The notes: generated by a model not told the origin, from the letters alone. Counted from the first letter of the stretch, positions 21,147 through 35,394 are shown. The stretch is DNA of 64,000 nt from Setoptus koraiensis (GCA_048013815.1 CM106586.1:23560001-23624000), one strand, 5' to 3'. Numbers and translations are program-made.

Positions 21147-22217
21147 TTTGTCGTAAAAGATAAGCGGCTTGTCACTGGCGTGAGAAGATTCTTTGGTCAT
21201 TCTTTGGTCATGCTAACCGACGACTCACAAAGCGAGACAACTGACGAAACTGCAAATTGACCCCTTCGTACCGCATTGGGCAACTTCTTCTGGCCTTCTC
21301 CTTCAGCACACTCTGACTTGCAAGTCTGGCTAGCTGACCGGCTGGGCTAAAAGTGTTGACCGTGCCACCGCCATCGTCACCACTACCAATACTATCACCA
21401 CAACTGTCAACTGCATGCTTGTTATGCAATGTTACGCAACAACAATTCAAACAATTCAAACAACAAGGTAGAAAGATAACAATGATGATGAGCAATATAT
21501 CATTTTAACCGTTTTATGGCCTGATACTGCACCTTCGTTTTTTTGCTTGTGACAACAACTATCTGTACTGTTGTTGCTAGTTGACAATCTCATCACCAAC
21601 TGCAAACAACAACGAGGTGACGAATGTTTGTTCCTGTTGCCAATTACACAATTACGCAATGACGCACCGACACGGTGACATGGCGCAGTTTTGCTGGTTG
21701 AAATTTGAAAAAAAAAAACTGCTGCATTTGTAAAGTGCGCTGTTAATAATAATGATAATAATGTTTTTTCATCTCAGACTATATCGCAAACTGGTGCATG
21801 GTCAATGTCGGCGCCCAAGTGGCGCTAATTAACTGGCGAGTCAAAACTGCTAATTGTTTTGTCACTTGTCATTGAGTTGGCTCGGCCCAGCTACAAATTG
21901 TAAGCATGCAAGATACTGCAACCTTGCAACTGGGCTTATTGCGAGAATCGTCGGACTGCGAGAATTGCTTGCGCAGTCGATGGCCTCTTGCTGGTGACTT
22001 CTTGGCTTCTCTTGAATCATGAGTCTTGATTCAGGACTCGTGAATCAAGAGTCGTGACTTGGTGGTGTGCAAAGTGCAAATGGCACCAACAAGTTGTTGC
22101 CTCTCTGTCCTAATTGGCTCATTTCGGCGATCCAACTAAGACAAAGATGCAACATGTGTCACTCGCACAGACTCAATATCCTCACCCAACTGACATTGTG
22201 TGTTGTTTGGTTAATCT
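21147..22217 (+). repeat. ~1-kb direct repeat R, copy 2 (partner 15669-16681)
   Basis: As above; carries an extra ~60-nt hairpin insertion near 22001-22060. Confidence 0.95.
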
Positions 22218-23458
22218 TTGAAAATCAGTTAATTGGTTAGTGCTTGAGTTTTACTTAAGTTTTAAGATGCCAGCGAAAAACAGTGCACAAATGCGAGCCA
22301 TGTGCTGCTATAATTAATATTTTTACAGTTCAGTTCTCGTTCGCTTTATGCTGACAACAAGCACTCTTGAGATGATCGCTGTTGTAACTCGCTAGACTCT
22401 AAAAAACTAGAAAATTTTCGGCCCTTCTTAATGCACAGAATAGATTGAAAAAGATTTGAAATTGATTAGAATGCGACCGGACGTCCAGTAAATTAGTGGC
22501 AGTAATTTACTGACTACTTGGCATTGGAATTGCAACGAGAGATAAATTCGACGAAACAGAGTAGTAGCTAGAATTGGTATGAATGCAGTTTGTGCACGCT
22601 AATTTTAGCCGCCATTAGGCTAACAGTGAGCGGGCCGATTGACACTGCCAGCACCAGAACACACCGACAGCCGATTGTCATATGTCACATGTATTAAATG
22701 TCATATTAAATGTCATATTATGTGTCACATAATACGAGGAATGGGTAAATTCAGAGTTTGCGATTTTTTGAAAATCAAAACTCTGGCCAAAGACTGTTCA
22801 ATGTTGTTTTTTGTGATGGTCGCTAGACGGACTTCGGTGAGCAGCGGTTCATGCACGATGCATGGATGTATCATGAGCGGCATATATGAGCTAGTCATTA
22901 GTGACTAATGATTGGCGGATACGACCGACAGGTGAATGGATTGATTTCTGGCACGCAATTTAGCTGGCTTGTTGCTTTGTTTGCATATGGTGGCCAGTTG
23001 AGAGTTGCGGTGGCTGCAATACAGGAAAAGTGTCCGATCGGATCGGAAGGGTTGCTTTTGGCAGCTGCCTGTTAACATGATAACGGGATATAAACAAGCG
23101 ATTGGCCGAATGATTTCAGCAAACTGTTTTAACTCAACGCTGGCCGATACATCGTCGTCAATTTGTGTCGTGTTGGCGCCGTCATGACAGCGCGCTTACG
23201 ACAGCGACCTTACAAGTTGTTAGTGAACGCTAATGGTGCGCTAATCTATCTATTAGCACTGGTCAATAGTGGCGCCGATTGCATAAGATAGACACAGGTA
23301 AGTGCATGTGTGTTTATCATGGTCATCATCATTATCGTTGTGAGTTTTATTGTTACATTTTGTTCGCCTAGCGGCTGTTGTCGGGCATAATATTTCAATT
23401 AGGACCTTATTGGACCTGTTCGTAGTGTGCCCGTTCGAGCGGCTCGAAAAGGGCCGAC

Positions 23459-23542
23459 GATTTGGCAGAGATTTGGCAGAGATTTGGCAGAGATTTGGCA
23501 AAGATTTGGCAAAGATTTGCAAAAATTTGCAAATATTTGCCA
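23459..23542. repeat. Tandem array of 11-mer GATTTGGCARA, decaying rightwards
   Basis: 3x GATTTGGCAGA, 2x GATTTGGCAAA, then degenerate units. Confidence 0.9.
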
Positions 23543-26500
23543 GACTTGGCCCTATGCAAATGCGCGCAAACGATTCTGTTTTATTTTCATTTGACGGAAG
23601 CTCGCTTTGGGCATCGTTGCAAGGTCCGTGCAGCGTCGCCATAATCGCCTATGGGCCATATCTGTTCGTCTTCTGTTTGGTGGATATTGTTTGTTGCGCA
23701 AGCAACAAACGCCAAGCCAGTTATTGCCGAACGCAGCTTGTTAAGCGGCCGTAAACTGGCTCAACTGGCTCAACTGGCTCAGCCGGTGAGCGCGAAACCG
23801 GCAACTGCAACCATCAGCTGACACTAGAAAAACAATATGCTAATAAGCCACTTGCTGAATCACTGTTGGCGCTTGTTAGGCCAACACTAGCAACAATGAC
23901 CGTTAACATTGACCATCACTCTCTAATGGAGAGTCTCTAGTCCGTGCCGAGCTCCGTCCGAGCTAGTCTGTAGCGGACTCCGGCCCGTTGCTCGGGCGCA
24001 CTCGGACAGAGCGACACACAGTCACGGGACGGTCGAGACAGACAACGGCGGATTATCCGCAGCCGGCAGCCCGACACACAAGCCAAGCTGGCACAGGTAG
24101 CGGCCAGTTAGCGGGCGAGCCCGGCCAATGCAAATCGGTGATGAATTTGCTGTTAGCAATCGCTGCTGCTGCTGCTGCTAATTAGACAATGCAAGACACA
24201 CAGTGATTTCGATAAGTATGTGCGTGTGCTCAATTTGATTGCGTCATTAATCATGTGGTGCAGTGTCGGACAACTGTCAACAGTGTTTGTAACTACAAAT
24301 TGCAACTGTACAAACACTCGTTGGAGCTAGGTGGCGCTGCCACTGCTCGCTCTTTCTGGCCACTGCTCGCCGTTGCTGGCCACTGCTCGCCGTTACTGGC
24401 CACTGCTCACTGTTGCTGGCCACTGCACTGGCAACACGGCACCGATAATCCTCAATCAATTCAATTTCTCTGCGGGGGCGCCTAATGAATTTTTTCAGAG
24501 CTTGCCCGAGAGAGCTCACTTGTTGCGCAATGCGCATCACTCTCTTACCTGGTGGCTGCATGCGCTCTCAGAAGCCACAGCTTGCATGCTGACGGCCATC
24601 GGCAAGCGAGTCAGAGCACCAGCTAAAACACAAAGCCAACTCGCTGGTTGCCAGCAACCTGTTAATAACAACTCGTTACCGACAACTCGTTAATAACCAC
24701 TCGCTAATAACGCAACAACTCGTAATAACTCGTTGGGGCTTGGGGTGTTTGCGTGTTGTGATTGCGCTCAACAATAATGCTTTTGATAATAACAATTTCT
24801 CTCTGTTGCATCACTTGGCGACCTTGCCGGCCACTGATTATGCAATTTATTATGCACTTATGGTTGCATAATCATTGTGTGTCGGGCTTGCGCCGTTAAG
24901 TCGCAGACAAAAGTGTCGTCGGCGAGCTAGTTGGGCCGGCCGACGCTTGGCAAAAGTGTATTCGCTAATGATGTTAGTGGCGCCAATGTTGTTCGCCGTT
25001 CAAACCATTACTCCACTGATGCGGCCCAGCTGACTGATGTTCCGCTGCTTGTTGTTGTTGCTGTTGTTGTCGCTGTTGTTGTCGCTGTTGTTGTTGTCGC
25101 TGATGATGGAGTTGTGGTTGTTGCCTGGTTGCTGTTGCTGGCGCCAGCTGCATGAGCCAGGCCGCGGTTGCAACAACGGCAACAACCACGGCAACCACGA
25201 CGGCAACCAGGCAACCGCACTGCCCACACGCGAACTACATACAACAAACACAACAAACGCAACAAACATAATGAACATAATGAACGCGATAACGTGGCCG
25301 CATCTGATAATTGTGCGCTCAAAGTGTGTCTAATATGTAGATTCATTTTCAATAACGCCGTCTCCTGTTACGTAACGTATCGCCGTAACAAGAGCAACAG
25401 CTGTTGCCCTTACCTTTGCCATACTAATACTATTAGTATGATAGCGCCAATTCTTGCCTGTTAAGCTGTGTGTTTGTATAACAAATTGTTATTTGGCCGT
25501 GCCTGTGTGTCTGTTGGTTAGCTGGTTGGCTCACAAATTTGTAGTGGTCAGTGGCTATACAATGTGATGGTACGATATGATGCGCCAAACAAACAAACAA
25601 CAACAACAACAGAGCATCATCTTGGCGAGATCGGTAGCGCTCGAAGGGCACTGGTGAAAATTGGTGAAAAATAAAGCGGAACAGGGGCGCACAGCTTGAT
25701 AATGGCTTAATTGATGGCCAGCGCATAATTTGTGTGTGTGTTCGCCAGCTCGATTTGCCGGCTCGATTTGTGCCGGCCAAGTGGAGCTGTAACTCACCTG
25801 TGTGCTGTTACTGTTTCGCGGCCTGTCAGTTACAGCTCTGGCACAGGTGAGTGGCGTAGCTGGCCGCACTCGGCCAAGCCAATGCGGCACAAGCGAGCTT
25901 TGAGCGACTCTTCCCACTTGTTTGTGCAACAATGACCATAAAGATAATTTATCAGAAGCGGTGATTTACTGGCTGGCGCTGTTTGCTTCCTCTTGTTGTT
26001 GTTAATGCTGTTGTTTTTGCTTGGCGCCATTACCGTTGATTGGCGTACTGGCCGCACCGAGCGCAAATCAATGCAACCAATGAGCGTCGGGTGGCCACTA
26101 TCAATCACGGTCGCATCGCCATGAGCGGCCTCGGCTGGCCGGCCGCACATGCAAGCCATCAGTATATCAAGGTCAATTTGTGGCCATAGTCATACGCTGC
26201 TGCGGCATGCGGCCGCCGTTGCGTCATCGGGCGCGACAGGTGAAGCAGCGCCATATAGCGCGCCACATACTCTAAATACTGCTCACTGCACACTGCACAC
26301 TGCACATGCTCATGATTTGATATAAATATAACATGATATAATAGCAAATAATATAACATTATATAATATAATATTATGTAATATAATATTATGTAATATA
26401 ATGAGCAATAAGTATGCCATCATTTATACTGGCCAAGTGTTATTGGTGGCGCTATCTGTTGTTGCATCAAATGTGTTATTGCATCACATGCGTTATTATA

Positions 26501-28397
26501 TCAGATGTGTTATGATGCGACCGGCCGTTATGTGGCCATTATCTGGCCGGATCTCGATTGATCTCACTGTGTTGCATATCATGCCACTGGCGCTATGATC
26601 ATCGTGGCCTGATGCGCAACAGATTGCATAATACCATGTTGCAGCGGTGCACGACGAAGCGCGACAAGAGGGCGCTCTCGGCGTATCTAAAGTTGAGAGT
26701 TTCAAGTTGATAGTCGCAAGCTGACAGTCGCAAGTTGAGAGTGTCTCGAGTTTGTCTGGCAACACAAGTTACAAGTTGCGTAACAGAGTGCGCAAACGAA
26801 ACAGTCGCCGATCGCTTAATTAAATGTCACCGCAAACAGCCCGACCACCCGTTGATTGTGATTAGATTAGCTCGTCTAAATTTAGTTGTTGTCAGCTGTG
26901 TTTACTATTGGCCGATGGCTCGTTGAGAACTTCCCAATGACAGAACGAGTTACGCAATATCTGTCAGCTTGTCAGTGAATCGCAATTGAGTGGCCAATGC
27001 AGGTTACTAGTGTAACGGGCGCAACCGCCGATTAACGTTGCTCCCATTCCCGGCCGTTGCAATATTCATGCAATTTAATAAATTTTAAATTTTCGTTAGT
27101 TGAAATTCAAATTTAGTTGTCTCGCCAGTGACAATGTTGTGACTCGGCACAACTCGCAGCAACTCTCGCAGTGCGGGCCGCACAGTGTGCCAATCGAACG
27201 GCAGCTTTTGCCGGCTTCTGGCGACAATTTCTTATCGCTTGTTCAATTTATATTTATATATAAGCCGTGATGGTCATCGCGATAACAGCCTCACGGCCCG
27301 TACTCGCATCCGCCGCTCGCTGCAACCCTCAATTTACCATGCCTCATGTCCCGTGCCTCGTACCCCGTGCCTCGCCGTATAAAATATAGCCGTGTAGGTT
27401 GTTCGAGGCAGCGGACGGTGGATTGTCGAGCCCGAAACTGTCGCTGACACTGTCAGCCTGACAGGGTAGTTTTGTACAGTGTGTTGGTACGAAATTGAAC
27501 TTGTCAAATGCGATTTTGTTTTGTGCAATTGGCAAATTTAAATTCAAACTTCAAAATTGCCTCGGCCGCCAGTGGCGACAACTTGTTTGCGTAACGGTCT
27601 CGGCGGCCAGTTGTCGCTGTTAGTGGCCAACGGAGCCGATGGGAAGAAACGGAGCAAAAAATTGCATGTTGCAGCGCCGGTTTGTCGACGGCACAGTGTG
27701 CATTTTGGCGCTGTCCGGCAGTGTCTGGAATGTGCAGTTTTGTCGACACAATTGCCGACAAAACTGGATTGGTGTTGCTTTTGTGCAACAAGTGTCAGTC
27801 GGAACAGCCGTTCGAGTCGGGCTCGGCAGCGAGCGACTGTGGCAGCAACTGTAGAGTAAACAGGTCACTAACTTAATTAGGAATCAACCCTTTTAGCGAG
27901 CGACATTGGAACGTCGTGCGCCGATTCGTTTCCGAAGCCCGCTCAAGGTTTGCGTTTAGCGGCAACTGGCGACCCTCGGCTGTCCAATGTCGACCATGGA
28001 AGAAAGCAAACAACGCAACGGAAGGAAGGAAGGAAGCCAGCGGCCAGTAAGTCAGTGAGTCAGTGCGCCATTGCGCCATTGCGTCATTGCGTCATTGCGT
28101 CAGTGAGCCAGTGGCCAGGTAAGAGCGGCATGATGCTGGCCAGACACTTTGCAAACACTTGTGGAATGTGCTCCAATTATTGGCTGAGTGGCAAGAGTTA
28201 AGCGGCTGGCAAAGTGAAGCCAGTTTGTAATTTTCGCTGAGTGATGCCCGCTCGCAAGCCGGCGAGCGAAGCGGATAAGAGTCTCTCGTCGAGCCGCTCT
28301 TATCCGCTTGTGCCGGCAACCACAACAGACTCTGTTGAACACAGCAACGCAACACCAAAGCAACAGATACGGCGATTAGCGCAAGCCCAACAAACAT

Positions 28398-28445
28398 GCC
28401 AGAGAAGCGGCCAGAGAAGCGGCCAGAGAAGCGGCCAGAGAAGCG
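28398..28445. repeat. Tandem array of 12-mer GCCAGAGAAGCG (x4)
   Basis: Directly visible. Confidence 0.85.
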
Positions 28446-31112
28446 ACTCGGCCGAGAATAAATAATAATCTGGAAATAATGGCCACACTTGAGTGAATAA
28501 ATTGATCCATTTTTATGTGGCCACGAACGTCACGACGCTATTCTCACTTGCGCGCTTGGCCTCGAAATCTCTCTCCCCGCTCGCCCGTCTTGACAACAGC
28601 AACAACAACCTGTTGTTGTCGTTGCTGTCGTTGCTGTTGTTGTTGCTGCCAACAGGCACTCGTCCACAAAACGCTCGCTGGCTCGGGAATCCGGCGAATC
28701 GCTTCTCGAAAATCGCCGCTCGCCCGTTCGTCCGTTCGCGAGCGCAGCGAACGCCGAGGACGCAGCGAACGCAGAGAACGCAGACAGAGCAGAGAACGCA
28801 GAGAACGTAGACAGAGCAGACAGAGCAGAGAAGGCGAGCCGAAACAACGACGCACGCCGGGATTATCCGCTGCGAGCTTATCTTGTTTTGCGCTCACATC
28901 GCTGGCCGAACACGCCGAGATAAGCCAAACAATGATCGCTAATGATTAGCGAATGATGTCAAGCATATTTGATCATCAACTCTCATGCTTGCACTATCTG
29001 GCGCCTTATCTGCCCATCTCAAGGTCGCCGGCCGGCCGCCAGATAAATGCAATCGCTGCAATAATGCGATCGCCGCAATAATGCGATCGCCGCAGTGACG
29101 CGATCGCCGCAATGATACATGCAGGCCAGATAATTTTAGCCGACAAGTGCAATCTTGTTTTATATCATCATTTATATCATCGCACTTATCTGGCGTGCGC
29201 AAGTGCCCGCCTAACATCGTCTTAGTGAGATGAGTGTCGACTCGTCCCACTATCGGCTGCCGCCGTCGTCGGGATAAATCATTAAAATGATTAGATTTTA
29301 ATGATTCCGATGATTCTGATGACGGCCAAGATGAGCAAACATTGGCAACGTTGCCTATGTCTGAAAGAGTGAATTTGAAAGAGTGCATCTGAAAAATTTC
29401 AATGAGCGATGATGCGTGAGTCCGACAATTATTTGCACAGGCTCACCGAGTCAACGCCATTGCTCGGCCATGATCACTTTTACAATCGACGCGGCGCCAC
29501 AAGTTTGCAATCGGCTCACCTGTCGCACTCGTTGGCAAGCGCGTGCTCATTAACATTCACTATCTTTGAAAAGTCGCTATTTTTAGCCGCATAGCCAGCC
29601 GATAATCGGCTGGCTGTCGGGCCTGGCCAGTGCACTCATTATCAGCAGCCGGCCCAAGAGCGAAATGGGCAGAGGGCAAACGGACCGATTGACTCAAATG
29701 AGTCGCTGATTGCTAATCGGCGATCAGTGACCGACGCAAGTGGTCAGTTGATCGACAATCTGGCATTCACAGCGCCTGTTGCCCACGGTTGTGAATAGCG
29801 GACAATTGTCACCGTTATGATTGGCTGTGGTCAAGTTTTGTTTGTCAAGTCACTTGACTCAAGTGACACAACTGACCGACATTAGCGAGCGCTCGTTTCT
29901 CGTTAACTAACTTTTGTTATTTGTTTCCGTTGTTGTTTATCTCATATGAATTATCTGTCGCCGGTCGGTTATTTCTAGCCTCTGGTTTATTTGCAGCTTG
30001 AAGTTTGCAGTTTGCGATTTCCAGTTTCCATTTTCCAGTTTTTTGCCGATTCCTGGCCGAGAAATTCTAGGCCGACGTCACAGCCGGCAAGTGACAGGCG
30101 CCGGATGTGCGAGCTCGGCCAAATATATTGGTCAAACACAAATATGGGTCTGTCTGTATGAATGCGGGTCGCAATCTGATGAGATCGTCTCAAGATTGAG
30201 TGGGCATTGTTGCGGCAATGGTGCCAATTTGCATATCCAGTCAGCATGATAATATTATTAATAGTGATTGATAGTATCGCTATTATCAGTTTGACCGTGA
30301 GCGGGCACAAAAATAAACATGTTAAATAATAGCTGCTGCTGTTGTTGTTGTTGTTGCGCTGATGCTATTAATATTTAAATATTTGCAGCGCTGCATGATG
30401 CTGCTGCCAAACACAAACGTCTTGATATGTCCAATATTTTCAATTTGTGCCGGCCGCCACCTGAGTTGTTGTCGTTGTTGTTGCTGCGACATTGACTCGC
30501 TCACTGGCTCACTCAGGTGGCCGCCATTTCCAAGTGGATATTGCAACAAAGAATTCACATTGAAACAGGCATCATGTTGTCATGGCAACAAATATACATA
30601 TTGCATACACGATTTGCATAATCGATTGCTGCAGCTTGTATCAGCGCCGATCAGTTGATGCTGGCAGCGCAAAACGGCCAGCGACCCAAACAAGACTCTT
30701 CTTTCCAGGAATCTTCTTCATTAGTTGGTCAGCTGGTCAGTGCCAGCTGAATAGTGGTCAGTTGAGTTGATAGCGGTCAGCTGATTGTTTGGTTCGGATA
30801 TTATGCAATGCACAGTGGATATTATGCAATGGGCAGTGGATATTGGTTTGGATTGGGCTGGTCAGCGGATGGATTGCATCAATTGGTCAGCTGGCCGATA
30901 TACTACAAAGTCGATACTGAGATATCGGCGCCAATAGCATGCAAACGGCAACAATTGGTTGCCAGTGTTTGTTTGCGAATACAGTGTTCGCTGTTACTCT
31001 GTTTGCAAGTGACCAATTGCTAACAGCCAAACAGCCAACAGCGGCAGCCGCAGCCGCAACAAGTGGCACTCGGTAGCGTAACAAGGACACTTGATTAATT
31101 GATTGTCTCGCC

Positions 31113-31138
31113 TTGCGCAACTTACGTAACTTACGTAA
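31113..31138. promoter_or_regulatory. Tandem bZIP palindromes TTGCGCAA-C-TTACGTAA-C-TTACGTAA
   Basis: C/EBP-type and PAR-bZIP-type palindromes at 9-bp period; function inferred. Confidence 0.4.
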
Positions 31139-31750
31139 CTTGCAAATGAATGAAATGAATACAATGAAATCGAGTGGCGAGACGCACAGTGAGGCCAATA
31201 AGACAATAACGAAGAAGAAGACAAACAACAATTGCAACAATCACTACGCGATGCCTGAGACGCCTGAGATGCGTGAGACGCTTGAGACTCTCAAGTTGAG
31301 ATGCTCGAGATGGATATTATGCAACGGAACGCAAGTTGGATGCGGTCAATCGAAGCGGGGCGACCCCTGCCTAGACGCGATTGGACACATATGTTACGCA
31401 GCAATTGAAGCGGCCGCCAACAACCAACCGACACCAACCAATTAATCAGCCGGCCAACCGGGCAACACCTTGAACCTGGGCTCACCTGTGCGCTTACCTG
31501 TGGCTAACCAACTGTCGACCCAGTGGCGGTGATATTTGCATCCTCGCTTCTTCTCACAAGTCAGTCGAACAGTTGGTCTCAGTCAAACAGTTGGCCAGTT
31601 GGTCTCAGTCAAACAGTTGGCCAGTTGGCCGACAGTTGGCGAGCCTCCGATATCCAGCGGTTGGCACAGTTGCAAAGATTGTAAATAGCAATATTGTGCC
31701 AATCGTTAACTGTTTATGTCGGCGAAGAGCGTTCGAACTCGCGATTCGCG

Positions 31751-31840
31751 GAACGAGCCAAACGAAGCCAACAGAAGCCAGAAGAAGCCAGAAGAAGCCA
31801 GAAGAAGCCAGAAGAAGCCAGAAGAAGCCAAACGAAGCCA
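31751..31840. repeat. Tandem array of 10-mer GAAGAAGCCA (5 perfect units plus degenerate flanks)
   Basis: Perfect units 31781-31830. Confidence 0.9.
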
Positions 31841-34800
31841 GAGCGATTTTGTTGGCTGCCGTTTTTGTTGCATATTGCAACGATCGCTGGCGTTGCATAG
31901 GCGAGCCATTGTTGCAATTGGCGCCGAGACGAGTGATGCGCCCAACGATTGTTGTCGTTTATTCTGGGAGCGCGCCCGAAATCCCGATCAGCTGTTCAGT
32001 CGTGCGAAATGAGTAAGACACAACAGAACATCCGGCCATCCGACAAACAAACGAGCGTCGGCCAGCGCGTCTCCAATCGATTGGCCCATTATCGTTGCCC
32101 GATAATCATTTGTCTGATTGAGCGTATAATTGCAGCATGATATTACATAATACATGTATATTATTGCCATGTTGTTGCGATCCTTAATGTTGTGCCGAAC
32201 GACTCGTTGCTGTCGATGGCCGAGTTTAGTCTGAGTTTAGTTTGCAGTTTGTGCATCAGAGGGCCACCCGGCGTCGCCTTTGTGTTGGCCAGTTGGCAAT
32301 CTGGCACCTGGCGGCCGAAACAGGGGTGCGGAGTGCAGACTGCGGGGGCCAGTTGCAAGTTGCAACTTGTCGAGGGGCCACTCAACTAAACTGACCTGCG
32401 AGATTCACAGGCTGTGAAGCTTGTAATTGCGCTCAACCAGCGTCAGCAAGCGAGCGCAGGGTGCCCGGCACAAGAGGGCGCCCCTGGCGAGGCAAGCGTC
32501 GTGTTTCGGGACAATGAACCGGCGGCTTCTAATTAAGACATCCTGTCGCCGCTTGCTCAAATGGTCGAGTCAATTATTGCATTATCTGTGATGCGACGAG
32601 ATGGCGCGTACAGTTATTATTCGGTTGTATTGTATTGACTGCACTGGCTCGCTTATCGGACAATCTGTGGCTGTGTGTCGGCGGATATTTGTAGCTCTCA
32701 GCACTTGGCAGCCTACAAGCGATTACGTAATACGTATGATGCAAGCAAGCGCATGCTAAAACACGGTTGTGCAAACGTTGTATGAGGTGAGCACACAATC
32801 AAATGGCTGCATTCAATACAATACAATTTGCTACGACTGCAGCAAAAGACGTTGATGAAAAAGATGAAAGCAACAGATAAATCATGGCGCTCACATTACG
32901 TAATGCGTCTTGTGTGTATGATTAGCAGCATTATGTATTATTGTGTTATTGTGTTATTGTATTGTTGTGCCGTTGTTGTCGGTTGTTGCCGGTTGTTGTC
33001 GGTTGTTGTCGGTTGTTGTTGGCTGTTGTTGGCTGTTGTTGGCGCACTTGTTGCTGGTCGCGCTCACTGGTAGCCCTTTGTTGTGGCGAGCTTCACACAC
33101 TTGTTCACATTTATATTTATGGCCGTTTCTCTTTCTCTTTATATTTATATTTATAGTTGAATACTTGTGTATTTATATGCTCACGCGGCAAGCCATCGTG
33201 AACTTATAAATATACTTGTATATATATATTATGTTACTAGCACACAGTGCAGCCGCAAACAATGCAACAAGTGAAGCCAAAAAGTGAAGGTGCTGCCCGT
33301 TCGAGGTGCCGCCATACCGATCCATCTTGGCCATATATCAGGCCGTATATCGGGCCATGTATCGGGCTATATATATATGAGGATATGAGGATATGTCGGG
33401 CTGAATGGCGCCCATTGCAAACAGCTCACTCACATGCGTTTGTTCGGGCCGGACTGACCAGACGGAACGTGCAGTCCGGCCGATAGCGACCATTGAGCGA
33501 CCATTGAGCCACATCAATCACTGCTATCACAACACTGCCATGATAGCCTGGCACACACACTAATACACACACTGGTAGCCGCAACAACAACAGCAACAAC
33601 GACAACAACAGCAACAACAACAACGACAACAACAACGACAACAACAAAAGATTGAACGCCATTAGTGGGAGTAGCTTGCTGTTGGACAGAAACAAGCGAG
33701 CCATCGCGCAACATCGAGCGGTGGCTTCCATTACGCAACATTGCTCAACATTGCGCCACATTACATAACATTAGATAGCATTGCACAACACTAAATAAGT
33801 AAATGAAATCACATAGCACAACATTGCGCAACATTGCGAGCCTGCAATGTCTGATTGCACGATTGGTTTGATTTCGTCTCTCGTGTCTAGCGACTAGAGA
33901 CCAGCCAGCGAGTCACTAGGCAAGCGCTGTTGTCGTTGCACTTGTCGTCGCGGTTGTTGCGCCGGTTGTTGCGGCACTTGTTGTTTTGCGTAACGACGAG
34001 ACAAAGCGATGGCAGCACTTGCACCTACACAGCCGATTTATATCTATTTGCATGGCTTATACGGCCGACGGTCGTGACAGAGGCAAACAACGAGAGCCGC
34101 CTCAAGCTTGCATCGCCGTATCGCCGCCACTCGCCACCACAAACAGAGCCGAATTATCCGAGCTGTCCGAACAAATTATCCGAATTGTCCGACCGATTTG
34201 CCGGAATTATCCGACTGAATTATCCGAAATATCGGAGCCGTCGGAAGCGCTCGAGTCGCTTGAATGGCAGCGCCACTGTGAGTGATGGCCGAGAGTAAAT
34301 GCCAAAAGTCAAGCGCCGACTGCCATTGACATTTAGAGGATTTGACTCTCAAATTGGGCGCACATTTGAAAGTCACAAAGTCGACTGACGTCGGGCAGTC
34401 GGAAAGTTTGCCGTTCGTGGCGCAGATTGAATGACACGCAATTGGTCCCAGAATCACGTTCCAGGGTCATTGTTTGTTAGTTAGTTAGTCGGTGGTTGCC
34501 GGCTCGGCCAATTGCCGCCGGCGTGCAAATTATTTGGCGCTGGCGAGCGCAATTTATTTATCGCTATCATTTAATTTATATTTAATTTATGATAAGTGAT
34601 GCTCGGCACCAATCACGTTTCGCCTATTAATCGCTCTGGCATGTCCCAAACAATGCGCCCGCTAAACAGTATCGACACACTCGAACAGTGACCATCTCTC
34701 ATCTGACATCTCATGATTCATTTTTCGCCCTTTCGCCTACTTTCGTGTCGCGACTAGTGACGCAATTTGCAACCGTGGGCCACTACCGGCCAGTATCGCA

Positions 34801-35352
34801 ACTATGGAGACTATCGCTAGCGTTGCGCAGCCGATCCGATTGCAATTTAAAATTTGAAATTTGCAAATTGCAAATTGCAAATTGCAAATCAAACAAAACT
34901 GACCACTACCGGTCAGTGTGTCGACTGGCCCAAATGGCCGCACAAATGGCAAATGGGCAAGCGCGTCACAGTCGCTTGTTTCGGCCCCGTTTTCACGGTG
35001 CCACTGACCAATGGCGAAATTAAGTTGGTGTCAGGTGGCCGCTTAATTGATCGCCGATTTTGATTGACGCAACGCGCTAATTGATTCAAGTCTGTCGCTC
35101 GGCCGTGAGTGCCCACTCCGATCAAAACTGACCGATGCGACTCGGCCAGACCAATGTCGGCTGCGAGCGGCATCACTCGCTGCGTGAGTGACTAAACGAT
35201 TGGAGTGACTAAATGATCAAATGACCAATAATAATGACCAAACGATGACACACCGAAACCATGTCGACCGTGATCACATCGTGCCCGTAATTGCTCAACA
35301 TTGTGCGTAATATTATTGCGGCTTAATACTGGCCGCCTGATATCCGCTCGAC

Positions 35353-35394
35353 GGAATATCCGCTAAAGGGAATATCCGCTAAGGGGAATATCCG
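35353..35394. repeat. Three GGAATATCCG units at 16-bp period
   Basis: Units start at 35353, 35369, 35385. Confidence 0.85.

Noticed and set aside
27800-27830. tRNA T-loop-like GTTCGAGTC
   Set aside because: Imperfect T stem and no D arm, anticodon arm or acceptor stem.
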